A stretch of 64,000 nt of DNA. Source: Victivallales bacterium (GTDB lineage: Bacteria > Verrucomicrobiota > Lentisphaeria > Victivallales > UBA1829). Below, piece by piece: positions 36,650 to 46,361 of the stretch. The notes below the pieces were generated by a model. The model saw nothing but the letters and a program-made list of their open reading frames with translations. It had not been told where the DNA came from and ran no database searches. A program made the position numbers and the translations under genes. Every line of letters starts with the position of its first letter. Position 1 is the stretch's first letter. Where the stretch lies: positions 18,290-82,289 of the forward strand of contig JAEEQN010000002.1 in the NCBI GenBank assembly GCA_016285345.1, in the 5' to 3' direction.

Positions 36650-37612
36650 ATGCTTAAAACAGATTTGACGGAGTATATAATGAAAAACAATACGGTCGTA
36701 ACGGTCGGCGACATCAACTATCTGTGGGGCCTTTTCATGCTCATCGCCTCCATGCGGAAATCCGGCATGGACGAGCCGGTCCTGGTCGGGGCTCATAAGT
36801 TCACGCCCGAGGCGGAGGAGATACTGAAACAGCTCGGCGATGTGACCATCTACACGCTGAAAGATATCGACCATTCGCTCACCTGCTACAAGCCGCTTGT
36901 GATGCTTCAGGCGCAGACCGAATACATCACCTGGGCGGACAGCGACGGGTATTTCGTGGGAAACTGCTCGAAGCGCCTGCCGCCGCTTTCGCCGGAGGAG
37001 ATCCATGTCCGCATGCGGTCGCCGGAGGAACAGCCCGGTGCATTCCGCGGCTACGAATACGGCGAGGACGGGCGGAGCATCCCGAAAGTGATCCTGGACG
37101 TATGGAAAGCGGACATCGGCGGCAATTCCGAACCTCGCACGCACCGGAGCTGTTCCGCGTGCTGCATGTCCGTACATCAAAGCGCCCGCCCGTTTCTGGA
37201 GAAATGGCACAGCCAGATGATGAAGGTGCTGCCTGCCGGGAACAAAGGCGTGGAAGACCGTTCGTTGAAATACTACCACCAGCTTGATGAATCCGTCCTG
37301 AACAGCATTTTGAGCTTCTGGCCGCAGGCGCCGCGCGTTTCGGACACATACCGTCTGGACAAGGACCGTAACGAGCTGTTTGTTCATTTTGTCGGAATCC
37401 CGAAACCGTGGATCGGCTGGACGCCAAACTCGTTCCGACATTTCGATACGTATACGGCTGTCGCAGACTGGGCGGTTAAACAGGGGTTCAAACTCCCCGG
37501 TCCGCTTCCGTACAGCCTGAATCCGGCGCACAGGACCATGTGCCGTCTGCTGCTGCATCCTGTCAACATCTGCACGAAGGTCAAACGTCGTCTGAAAAAG
37601 ATGTGCCGTTAA
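36650..37612 (+). CDS. Putative nucleotide-diphospho-sugar glycosyltransferase (GT8-like)
   Basis: The TVVTVGDINYLWGLFMLIASMRKSG N-terminus and a DxD-like WADSDGY are reminiscent of GT8/GT-A enzymes. Alternative start at ATG 36680. Confidence 0.5.
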   Translation: MLKTDLTEYIMKNNTVVTVGDINYLWGLFMLIASMRKSGMDEPVLVGAHKFTPEAEEILKQLGDVTIYTLKDIDHSLTCYKPLVMLQAQTEYITWADSDGYFVGNCSKRLPPLSPEEIHVRMRSPEEQPGAFRGYEYGEDGRSIPKVILDVWKADIGGNSEPRTHRSCSACCMSVHQSARPFLEKWHSQMMKVLPAGNKGVEDRSLKYYHQLDESVLNSILSFWPQAPRVSDTYRLDKDRNELFVHFVGIPKPWIGWTPNSFRHFDTYTAVADWAVKQGFKLPGPLPYSLNPAHRTMCRLLLHPVNICTKVKRRLKKMCR

Positions 37613-37646
37613 AGACGGCCGCGCAGAGCTTTTCCGCGGTTCAGGC

Positions 37647-37680
37647 AAAAAGAAAACCGCAACGGGATAGCCCTTTGCGG
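37647..37680 (-). terminator. Rho-independent terminator downstream of the displaced tRNA-Arg 3' segment (ancestral tRNA terminator)
   Basis: On the minus strand: CCGCAA..TTGCGG stem (37657-37680) followed by TTTTCTTTTT (complement of 37647-37656). Confidence 0.5.
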
Positions 37681-37695
37681 CAGCAGAACAAGGCA

Positions 37696-37751
37696 AAAAA
37701 GTGGTGCACCCGGCGGGGCTCGAACCCACCACCTACTGCTCCGGAGGCAGT
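37696..37751 (-). repeat. att direct repeat, left copy: 3'-terminal 50 nt of tRNA-Arg plus 6 nt of flank
   Basis: 56/56 nt identical to 51498-51553 (aaaaagtggtgcacccggcggggctcgaacccaccacctactgctccggaggcagt). Confidence 0.9.
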
Positions 37752-37791
37752 GTGTCTTAAACTCAAAAATGGCTTAAGAAGGTGGTTTTTT

Positions 37792-37813
37792 CACGATTTT
37801 TCCACGATTCGTG
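37792..37813 (+). repeat. Arm-type-site-like motif pair (CACGATTTTTCCACGATTCGTG) near the left att
   Basis: The same ACGATTTTTC word recurs at 37953-37962, 51405-51444 (three tandem copies) and inverted at 51220-51243. Confidence 0.55.
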
Positions 37814-38022
37814 TTTGAAAAAGACCAAAATGTAAAGTATAGTATCCCTGTGATTCAAACCATATCAACCCTTCTGTTGTCCGGCATGGAGGTTGGGGGG
37901 TGCGAGTGATAGAGCATGAACGAGGGGCACCTAACTCCGTATTATTATAGCACCATTTTACGATTTTTCAAGCATCGAAATCATAAAGCCGGACAACGGG
38001 GATAAAAAACAAGGAGTCAATC

Positions 38023-39357
38023 ATGGTAAGACAACGGCGGCAGGGCGGAGCATGGTACTATCAGTTTATCCGAGGCGGCAAAGCATACCGTGGGTGTTGC
38101 GAGGGCGCGACAACTAAACGCGAAGCGGAAAGCTACGAAAGGGAAATCATCGCGACGGTGGAGAGCGCAGCCAAGCAGAAAACGGTAAAGGCGCTACTCG
38201 ACAATTTCAGAGAAGAATTGACCGGGGGCGAGAAGATCACCCTTAATGAAGCATTTGAACTGGCCGAACAGAAACCTCGTTCTCGGATTCCCGCCGAGAA
38301 GTATGCTGCAACGAAACGGGCCGTGTGGAACGATTTTCTGGCGTTCATGCGAGGCGAGCACCCGGATATCGAAAATCTGATCGACGTAACGGGAGCGCAT
38401 GCACAGGAGTACATCGCTCTCCTTCAGAAGTCAGGGCGGTATCAAAAGACCGTCAGCTATAGTCGTGGGGCGGGCCGGGGAGCAAGAACCATCATCACGC
38501 AGGCCGCTGATGGTGCATTGTCGGCGAGGACCGTCCGGCTTCATCAAACTGTATGTGCCGAGGTGTTCACGCTGCTTGCGAAGGACGCCGGATTGCAGGA
38601 AAATCCCTTTTCCGGGATCCGAATGATGAAGTCGGACACAGAGACGCGCGAAGCTTTCACTCCAGACGAACTCAAGACCATCTACGACAACCTCGACGAC
38701 TTCACTCGCCCGCTGTTCATGATGGCAGTATGGACGGGTTTTCGTGAGGGCGACATCTGCACGCTCAAATGGAGCGAAGTTGACCTCGTTCGTCGTTTGA
38801 TTACGCGGAGGACGCGCAAAACCAAAGTCGAGGTGCAGATCCCCATATCGAACCAGCTCTACGGGCTGTTGACCGCTACACCACGAACAGAATCCGAGTT
38901 TGTTTTTCCGAAACACGCCGAAATGTATCTGTCGAACCCAGACGGGGTCTCCTACAGAGTGAAGAGGTTTCTTGAGGGGCTGGGGATCGAGACAACTCGA
39001 ATTCCGGAAGGTCGGACGCGGGCAATCAGTGTGAAGGACCTCCACTCATGCCGCCACACATTCTGTTACTACGCCGGACTTGCGGGGATTCCTCTCGCGG
39101 TCGTTCAATCCATCGTCGGGCACATGAGCCCGGAGATGACGAAGCACTACTCGGCCCACGCTTCCATCGAGGACAAGCGGCGCGGCATGGAGCGTCTTTC
39201 ATTCTTCACGCAGGATGCGCTTCCAGAAGCGAAAGCAGACGAACCGGAACGGATAGAACTCCGGCAGCGGATCGAGACTCTGCCGATAGATACAGTCCGC
39301 GCTGTGCTCCAGTTTTTAAATGCACAGGGAATGACTGTTCAGATGGAGTTATTCTAA
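38023..39357 (+). CDS. Tyrosine recombinase / phage-type integrase
   Basis: The C-terminal catalytic region has WTGFREGDICTLKW (Arg I), HSCRHTF (HxxR), VGHMS and TKHY (Tyr nucleophile). The N-terminal SAM-like domain is typical of tRNA-targeting integrases. Confidence 0.9.
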   Translation: MVRQRRQGGAWYYQFIRGGKAYRGCCEGATTKREAESYEREIIATVESAAKQKTVKALLDNFREELTGGEKITLNEAFELAEQKPRSRIPAEKYAATKRAVWNDFLAFMRGEHPDIENLIDVTGAHAQEYIALLQKSGRYQKTVSYSRGAGRGARTIITQAADGALSARTVRLHQTVCAEVFTLLAKDAGLQENPFSGIRMMKSDTETREAFTPDELKTIYDNLDDFTRPLFMMAVWTGFREGDICTLKWSEVDLVRRLITRRTRKTKVEVQIPISNQLYGLLTATPRTESEFVFPKHAEMYLSNPDGVSYRVKRFLEGLGIETTRIPEGRTRAISVKDLHSCRHTFCYYAGLAGIPLAVVQSIVGHMSPEMTKHYSAHASIEDKRRGMERLSFFTQDALPEAKADEPERIELRQRIETLPIDTVRAVLQFLNAQGMTVQMELF

Positions 39358-39717
39358 CGGGTGACACGAAAGACGCACATGATCATCTTCGAGCCATAGG
39401 TTGGAGGATACTGCGTCGACTCTCAGCAATGAATATATACATTGCTGGTCTATTCTTTCATCGTCGCGACCATGCGAAGCATGTCGTTGGCGCTGAGGCT
39501 GTTCTTTTGTCAACCGGAAAAGCCACGCCTCACCGCCCTTGCTGGGGAGATGAGGCGCGGATTGTGTTATGAGGCAGTGCTTACAGGCTCGCGAGGATGC
39601 CCTTGCCGGACGCATCGAAGATGCGCTCCGTAGTGGCATCAAGGATGGCACTGACCAAAAAGAAAAACGCCGCAACAGATCGCTCTGCTACGGCGCTAAG
39701 GTTATCTGTTCTTGTTT

Positions 39718-40440
39718 TTATGCGATGACGGTCCACTCCATGCTGACGCCGTAGCCGAGGACGTTCCACTGGGTAGTGTCGCCGGAGGCGTAGTAGCCGA
39801 GCATGCCGGTGGAATACTGACGGACCAGGAGATCGTCCTGCTGATCGCCGTTGTAATCGCCCGCGCCGACGACGAACCAGTCCTCGGCATCCAGCTGATC
39901 GAGGCTAATGTACTTGCCTTCATCGGCAATACCGTCGGCAATCATGACCATGGAGCCGGATTCCTTGTGGAACAGGACCAGATCGTCTTTGCCATCACCC
40001 TTGAAGTCGCCGATGGCACGGACTTCCCAGCCAGACCAGTTGGCGGAGCCGAGCGAGGCCGAGGTGCCGTCGAGGTTGGCCGCGTAGAAGTACGTGCCAT
40101 TCGCGCCGGACATCACGATGGAGTCCTTGCCGTCGCCGTCGAAGTCACCGCAGCCGACCAGCGTCCAGTCGTCGCCGCCGAAGTTGCCGGAGAGAGAGAC
40201 CCAGTCCTCCTTGCCGTCTTTCCACGCACCGAGCGAGTAAAGCTCAGGCGCGTACCAGACGATGGAGTTCACGCCGGACGCATTGCCCGTGAGGTTGCCG
40301 ACCGCGTTCTTCCAGTCGATGTTTTTCTCGTTCGTGAGGTAACCGATGTTCACCCAGGTGGAGCCGTCCGGGAGGTCGTTCGAGTCGGCGTAATACCCGA
40401 TGTACGCGCCTTTGATCCCGGCATCGCTCGGACTCCGCTG
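39718..40440 (-). pseudogene. FG-GAP/VCBS-repeat protein fragment lacking an N-terminus
   Basis: GDFDGDGKDSIV, GDFKGDGKDDLVLF and GDYNGDQQDDLLV repeats. The frame stays open upstream of the listed GTG (40353) to a stop at 40441-40443, with no ATG or signal peptide. Confidence 0.55.
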
Positions 40441-40543
40441 TTAGGCTTTGGCGCTCCCGTTGCGGCTCCTGCGCCTCAGGGTGGCTTCAGCGGCGGAAAG
40501 GACATTGCTCTTTCATCCGTGCCGACTTAAAATTCCCTTTCCG

Positions 40544-41950
40544 TTACCAATCCATTCCATTTTGACAATATGAATCATCCGTGAAACTTGTTACTCCATA
40601 TTCCATCAATTCCTTCAATGATACGGCATTTTTTGAACTTGTAATCGTGTAGCATCCACATTGAAAACCAACAGCAAGCACAGAAGCTACGTATGCCGAA
40701 TCAATCGTGTTGATACTTTTTTCTGACACAATCCGTGTTTTTGTCAGGTCAATATTGTTTCTCTGTACAAATTCTGTCAATTCTGGCAGTGTAACGTAAC
40801 TGTCCCCGTGTTCCCCGGTATATCCCTCAATTTCTTCACCAAACACATCAAATGCCGTCTGAAGTATGCTTTCATCAAACGCTTTCACATGAAACTTTTT
40901 CAGCAGTCCATGTTTCATCAGCATAGACTTTACAGATTGCCACTGTTCCGTTGTAAGCGCAGGATGGGTGCTGAACATCGGACTCATTCCGTACCTTGCG
41001 CAGATCGCAAAGAAATCGTCAACCGTCAGAATCTTTGTTCCTGTCCAGTATGCGTTTTTATATCGTCCGAAATCCCATTCAAGCAGTTGTGCATATGTCA
41101 TATCGGAAACCCCCATTTTCGTTGACGGGGGATTCCCTTCCGCATCCCGTGCCGTTGCGTTGATCGTATCATCATGGATGCACACAAGCACACCGTCAGA
41201 CGTTGCCTTCGGAACAACGATACACACTGGGTATCCAAGCAGTCCTGCCATTTCAACCGCCGGACGGGTATTTTCCGGGCACAATTGACGGAATCCGAGA
41301 TGAGAACAGAAAATCGGTCTTGCGTCGGCCACTGTCGGATTGTATACCGCTTCCTCGCTGAACAGATAATCAATCGCAACCGTTACGTCTGCCCCAACCG
41401 TAATGGTGATTGTTGTTGTGTCCTGACTTAATGCAGGCGGTATTCTCCACGAATGTATTTCGTATTCGCTCCCATAACTGATATTGTAAACAGGAGAAGA
41501 GTACAATCCATTCTGGAATGTGATGGCAGCATTGCCGCCAGTGCATTTTGCACGGCATCTGACAATCTGCGGAAACGGCGATCTTGTTGTCAGCGTATAT
41601 CTTTGTGTACTCTTCCCGGTCAATGTAACATTGCGGAGTTTAATCCCTCTATACATATCGCCGATAATTCCGAACAGATATTCTTCCTTTTCTCTTGCGG
41701 TATAGTCTTTTGCATCCTTATTCAGTTTCTCTGCCTCTTCTACTGTCACGACAGGCACAGCGGCGGGATTGCCCATTTCTTCGGGTTTCGTTTCGGGAAC
41801 AGAGACTGCCGGTTTCCTGTCGGTCGCGGGGCTTTCGCTTTGAACCGTCTGAACAACAGCATTATCATGGCGATTGAATTCCTTGCAGCCGACAACAAGG
41901 AAAACAATCAAGGTAACTGTTATTGAAATCGGAGCGATCAGTCGTTTCAT
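40544..41950 (-). CDS. Lipoprotein with a C-terminal glycerophosphodiester-phosphodiesterase-like (GDPD) domain
   Basis: Lipobox LVVGC. SHLGFRQLCPENTRPAVEMA...SDGVLVCIHDDTINATARD resembles the GDPD H-R-G/ENT/..DG..V..HD motifs, although partly substituted. The gene is markedly AT-richer than its surroundings. Confidence 0.55.
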   Translation of the reverse strand: MKRLIAPISITVTLIVFLVVGCKEFNRHDNAVVQTVQSESPATDRKPAVSVPETKPEEMGNPAAVPVVTVEEAEKLNKDAKDYTAREKEEYLFGIIGDMYRGIKLRNVTLTGKSTQRYTLTTRSPFPQIVRCRAKCTGGNAAITFQNGLYSSPVYNISYGSEYEIHSWRIPPALSQDTTTITITVGADVTVAIDYLFSEEAVYNPTVADARPIFCSHLGFRQLCPENTRPAVEMAGLLGYPVCIVVPKATSDGVLVCIHDDTINATARDAEGNPPSTKMGVSDMTYAQLLEWDFGRYKNAYWTGTKILTVDDFFAICARYGMSPMFSTHPALTTEQWQSVKSMLMKHGLLKKFHVKAFDESILQTAFDVFGEEIEGYTGEHGDSYVTLPELTEFVQRNNIDLTKTRIVSEKSINTIDSAYVASVLAVGFQCGCYTITSSKNAVSLKELMEYGVTSFTDDSYCQNGMDW

Positions 41951-43184
41951 TTGTCAAGGATCCCCGGATTCTTAAAAACTGAAATCCCGGAACAGAAAGA
42001 CAAACTTCCATTCCGGGAAAAAGGTTCAAAGGCACGAGGCAGCTGCCGGACTAAAGGTTTTCCGGCAGGGAAGAAATATGCGCTGGATGAAGATATGAAC
42101 AGGAACACTGCGGCCTCGAACGGGTGACATTATACGCATGAGGCAACGCCTGGACAAAAAAAGCCGGACATTTCACATGCGCGGTGATGAAGGTCCGACC
42201 AAGAACCTGCTACTAGGACACAGAGAAACGCCCAGCAAAACATGAAGATACAATCTTCCTGTGCTGGTTTTTCATCCCTAGTAGCAAAAGAGGTCTTTTT
42301 GAAACTTGGTCGGTTTTCATCACCTTTTGCTGAAAAACGATGTAATGAGCTCGGAAACCGTCCTCCACTGGGTGCGGAGCCGGAATCCGGGGATAATTTA
42401 CCCCCAAGTCGCGAAAAAGTCAAGCCCCAATCCGGTGCTTTTCTCATCTTTTTCCGGATTTTCCGTCACCAGGACCGTCACAATACATCCACATAGAACA
42501 CAAAGGAATCTACATTTTCATATATTGAGCTTATCCCGCCTCGGATATTCTTTGTGCGATACAGGGCCGTAACATCCAAATGATTGACAGGCTGTCCGTT
42601 ATCTTATCCTGCTTGCTCTTTGCTTATGTGTCGTCCTATTTAGAGATGCAATGTTTATAATTACGAGTTCTAAAACAATCACTCTATACTTTCATTGTAT
42701 TTCAATTAATGTGTTTCCATTTCAAACTGGATCATTCTCTACACGATTTGAACTGACTAAAACGAAATTTTTCCCTGTTGGAATACATCTGCAAAAATTC
42801 AACTTGAAGTTGAAAATCTCTCTTCACATACGAGAAATGGTGTCGACACAATCTGATTGTAATATCGATAGAGCGTAATAATCAACAAATATTATCAATA
42901 CTCTTTGCTGCACATTATATTGTATTTCTATCTCGCCGCAATATGCAACAGAGATAAAGGTCAGATTATGGAAAACACATCGTCAGACCTCTGACGATGT
43001 GATCTATTGTTGCACCGATGGAGCCAGAATGTTTCTCCCGTCAAACAAAAATGCGCCTCTTCACGTCGTTTTCAGCCATTTTTGCCTCGTTTAAGCTTAA
43101 TTTTTCTCATTTTTGTGAGAATAATATGATGACGGGATTGGATTCGCCAGTCCCGCAATAAAACAACCATAGGAGTACAAAACT

Positions 43185-43901
43185 ATGAAAAAAACTAATG
43201 TGCTTGTCCTCGCTGGGCTAGCACTCGCTGTCCTTTTGGCTGCAGCCGGTATGCGTACCAATAGGACAACCACAAAATTCGCCGGAAATGCCTCCAGCCT
43301 TACGGAACTGGATCAGCGTGCGCGTCCATTCTTCGAGGAAGCCGAGAAAAGCATTCCGAATGTCGTCTCGGAACTCAGCGGCACTCAGGAGTTCCTGAAC
43401 ATGTGTGGACTGGCCGTTGTCGACAAGATCAGCGGTTCAAACAAGATGGAGCAGAAACTCGCTTCCGTGATAGACGGTTCGATTCTGGCCCCGTGTCGAA
43501 AGGGAGCCTCCGTCTACGGGTGCAACATCAATCCGGTTTTGGCTCGTGGCTCTCTGTCGGACCTTCATCGGGACGCGATGACTTCCGTTCTCTATGCGTC
43601 AGGGGGATTGGCTCTGGAAGCGGCATTCCTGAAGACGACCTTGAAGTCGGTGCAATGCGTCATTGGTCCGATCGCGGAAAAAAACGCCGCGAAAATCGGA
43701 ACTGGAGCCACACTTGCCGCAGCTGACGGGCCGCTCCCCATTGGCGACACCATCGGTGTCATTCTGGCTGTCGGTGGTTCCGCGTGGTCAGTTCATGACC
43801 TGCTTGCTCTTCGTCGAGACCTGCCGGGCGCAATTTCTGCCGCACTCCGGCAGGCAATCCAGGAGTATTGGAAACAGTGCAGATTGGAGGCCGCTCAATG
43901 A
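43185..43901 (+). CDS. Hypothetical secreted/membrane protein
   Basis: 238 aa. AGGAG RBS. N-terminal signal anchor (VLVLAGLALAVLLAAAG). Gly/Ala-rich hydrophobic C-terminal segment. Confidence 0.6.
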   Translation: MKKTNVLVLAGLALAVLLAAAGMRTNRTTTKFAGNASSLTELDQRARPFFEEAEKSIPNVVSELSGTQEFLNMCGLAVVDKISGSNKMEQKLASVIDGSILAPCRKGASVYGCNINPVLARGSLSDLHRDAMTSVLYASGGLALEAAFLKTTLKSVQCVIGPIAEKNAAKIGTGATLAAADGPLPIGDTIGVILAVGGSAWSVHDLLALRRDLPGAISAALRQAIQEYWKQCRLEAAQ

Positions 43902-44239
43902 AGACTCTCCTGATTCTGTTACTGGCCCTGATGACGGGCTTCGTTTCCGCCATGCCTGCGCGCCGCCCCTATCGGAAGCCGCTGAAGCCCGCCCGTGTCG
44001 TGGAGACAAACCGACCTGTCTCATGGAAGGCCGTGGCCGCCGCTGGAGCCGCCGCCACAGGCGTGGTAGCGGCCTACAAAATCGGGTCCGGCGTTGAGGA
44101 CGGCTTGTCTACCACAGCCAAAGAAGCCCCCGTGGCGTTCCTCAGCTCGATCACGCTGTCATCGCTCTTCATCCCCCTGATCACTGTCGTGGGCATCCCT
44201 GTCGTCGGATATCTGATCTGGCAGAAACTCTCAAATTAA
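43898..44239 (+). CDS. Small membrane protein (signal peptide plus C-terminal TM)
   Basis: ATGA overlap with the upstream stop. MKTLLILLLALMTGFVSA signal sequence. C-terminal TM LFIPLITVVGIPVVGYLIW. Confidence 0.55.
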   Translation: MKTLLILLLALMTGFVSAMPARRPYRKPLKPARVVETNRPVSWKAVAAAGAAATGVVAAYKIGSGVEDGLSTTAKEAPVAFLSSITLSSLFIPLITVVGIPVVGYLIWQKLSN

Positions 44240-44261
44240 CCTCAAACCGAAAGGATACAAC

Positions 44262-45803
44262 ATGGAAATCTCTTTGAACAAAACCGAGCTGACCGGAGCG
44301 CTTCCTGCCTTGGGGAAACTTGTCTCCCGGACGTCCCTTATCAAGGCGTATCAGGCGATCCAAATCGAAGGTAGGGCGCACACGCTCTTCTTCCGTACCC
44401 GCAACGTCGTCGAAGGAATCGAATTCCGAATGGACGCCGATTTGGAAGATGACTTTCCTGCGGTTCTCGTAGAATTCGAGCAGTTCCGACTGGCCGTCCG
44501 CAACAGCAAGAAAAAAACGCTGGACCTGGAAGTCGAGAATGGCGAGGTCTTCATTGATGACGTCATGCTCGCACCTGTGAACGGACACTTTCCCGTGCCA
44601 GAGAACATCCCGGATCAGGATGCCACGGTTACGGAACTGCCCGCCGACACGCTGGCCGCGCTGTCACTGCTTGCCCCGCTCACAGACAAAGGGCAGGACA
44701 TTCGCAAGGTTCTCGGCGGAATCAACATCAGCCGGGACGGGCTCACCGCGACCAACGGCAAGGAGCTGTCGAATATCCCGCTCTCACTGGAGATGACCGG
44801 TAACGTCACGATTCCGTTCCCGCTCGCTCTGCTTGCCACAAAAGCATTCGGCGAATCCGGCAGGCTCACGACCTGGCAGAAGGACGAGGACACGCGCTTC
44901 GAGCTTTCGCTTGGTAACTGGACCTGGCGGGCGAAGGCGTACAAAGAGAACTACCCGAACTGGAAGCTCGTCGTGCCGGACCGGACAGAGGCCACGCACT
45001 ATGTGAGCTTCCAGGACGACCGCGCCGAACTGCTCCAGCGTTACCTAAAAAGCGTTCCTGACGACCCGCAGAACAACAACGGCATCAAGCTGAGCCGTCT
45101 CGAAGTCCCGGACAACCTTCATCTGGAAAGTTCGAACGGGATGCTGTTCAGCGTTCTCGCCGAATTCGACGATGCTTGGGGCGACCTGAGTTTCACCGTC
45201 AGGAAAGAATTCCTCCTGCATCTGCTGAACGCCGGACACCGGAAGATCGAGCTCAACGATGCCTACGGTCCGATTGTCGGAACTGGTGGCAATGGCGAAT
45301 ATATCGCCATGCCTATCATCACCAAAAGACCGCAAGCTCAAACCGAGCAGAAGCCGGAAGAGACCGCATCCAGCCAGACGGATACAAACGTTGCTGTTCA
45401 GGCTGAACAGACCGCACCTCAACCCATTCCCGAACAAACGGAATCCGTCACCGAGCAGATTCCGAATCACGAACAGGAAACATCCCCCACAAACAAAACC
45501 AATACCACACCCTCAACGAAGGAAAACACCACCATGATCGACACCAACACCATCACGCACGTCGTGTCTGCCCCCGTGCAGACGTCCGCCCAGAACAACA
45601 AACCCGAATCCAAGTTGAACCCGATGGACGAACTGATCATCAGCATCGAAGCGTTCAAGGCCAAGCTCAAGGCCATGGTCGATGAATCCACCGCCATGAG
45701 CCGTAAGGTCTGCGAGGTCGCCATCTCCCAGAGGCAGAAGGAACGCGAGTACGCGCGGACGAAGAAGACCATCGAAAAAATCCGGGTGGCCAGCGGCTTC
45801 TGA
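44262..45803 (+). CDS. Divergent DNA polymerase III beta sliding-clamp (DnaN)-like protein with a C-terminal extension of about 140 aa
   Basis: Collinear by eye with E. coli DnaN: ISLNKTELTGALPALGKLV / FTVEREHLLKPLQQVSG; HFPVPENIP / DFPNLDDW; LTATNGKEL / VATDGHRLA; ENYPNWKLVVP / GRFPDYRRVLP; GEYIAMPI / AAYVVMPM. This is followed by a Thr/Pro/Gln-rich linker and a coiled coil. Confidence 0.65.
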   Translation: MEISLNKTELTGALPALGKLVSRTSLIKAYQAIQIEGRAHTLFFRTRNVVEGIEFRMDADLEDDFPAVLVEFEQFRLAVRNSKKKTLDLEVENGEVFIDDVMLAPVNGHFPVPENIPDQDATVTELPADTLAALSLLAPLTDKGQDIRKVLGGINISRDGLTATNGKELSNIPLSLEMTGNVTIPFPLALLATKAFGESGRLTTWQKDEDTRFELSLGNWTWRAKAYKENYPNWKLVVPDRTEATHYVSFQDDRAELLQRYLKSVPDDPQNNNGIKLSRLEVPDNLHLESSNGMLFSVLAEFDDAWGDLSFTVRKEFLLHLLNAGHRKIELNDAYGPIVGTGGNGEYIAMPIITKRPQAQTEQKPEETASSQTDTNVAVQAEQTAPQPIPEQTESVTEQIPNHEQETSPTNKTNTTPSTKENTTMIDTNTITHVVSAPVQTSAQNNKPESKLNPMDELIISIEAFKAKLKAMVDESTAMSRKVCEVAISQRQKEREYARTKKTIEKIRVASGF

Positions 45804-45883
45804 ACCGTCATCTCCCGACATCACCCCAACACCGCCCTCGGCAGCTCACTGTTGCTGGGGGCAATCTTTGAAAGGAAACCATC

Positions 45884-46360
45884 ATGCTCAAACTCAATGC
45901 ATCCTACAGCAAGAAAATCCCCGCACAATCTGAGTATTCTTCTCAGTCCTACCACGCCTCAGTCGAGGTCGAGCTTCCTGATGGACTCACGACCGAACAA
46001 TTGAATGCGAAGATCCACGAGACATTCGCGCTCGTCCGCGACAGCGTGGAAACGGAACTGCACGGAAACACGGTTCAGCAGTCCGCTCCGATCCCCCAGA
46101 CCTCGAACGCGCAGCCCCAACCGGGTCTGTACGAAAACCAGCCGCAAAACGCGTCGAAGCCCATCTACGGCAAGAAGAACGGCACGACCTCGGACGCTCC
46201 CGCTTCTCCCAAGCAGGTCAAGTACCTCCTTGATCTCGCCCGCCAGTTCGGAATCAATCCGGAGCAAATCAAGGCCAAGTTCAACGTGCCAGCGCTCGAA
46301 AGTCTAACGAAGACGCAGTGCAGCCGTGCCATTGATGAGCTCAACGGAAAGGCGGCCTGA
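45884..46360 (+). CDS. Hypothetical island protein
   Basis: 158-aa ORF with an RBS. Gln/Pro-rich middle section. The C-terminal ASPKQVKYLLDLARQFGINPEQI...LTKTQCSRAIDEL looks like a small helical DNA/protein-binding module. No assignment made. Confidence 0.55.
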   Translation: MLKLNASYSKKIPAQSEYSSQSYHASVEVELPDGLTTEQLNAKIHETFALVRDSVETELHGNTVQQSAPIPQTSNAQPQPGLYENQPQNASKPIYGKKNGTTSDAPASPKQVKYLLDLARQFGINPEQIKAKFNVPALESLTKTQCSRAIDELNGKAA

Positions 46361-46361
46361 T

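Noticed and set aside
36584-37732. A 382-aa minus-strand ORF spanning the glycosyltransferase gene and running into the att repeat.
   Set aside because: It is antisense to a better + strand ORF with GT-A-like features. It would read through the tRNA terminator and tRNA fragment, and its sequence is Arg/Pro-rich.
39424-39447. The inverted repeat CAGCAATG-aatatata-CATTGCTG after the integrase gene, considered as a terminator or as the island's end.
   Set aside because: It may be a weak terminator for int, but the downstream tract is only moderately T-rich. It is well inside the att-defined boundaries, so the evidence is not enough to annotate it.
39712-40530. A 272-aa + strand ORF.
   Set aside because: It is antisense to the FG-GAP repeat ORF, whose GDxxGDGxDD repeats are unmistakable. 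The + strand translation is Val/Gly/Ala/Arg-rich without motifs.
42130-42878. Short ORFs in the AT-rich spacer of the island (42130-42447 -, 42242-42496 +, 42306-42572 +, 42651-42878 +).
   Set aside because: They overlap one another in different frames, have no RBS and give implausible translations. The region is treated as non-coding or degraded.
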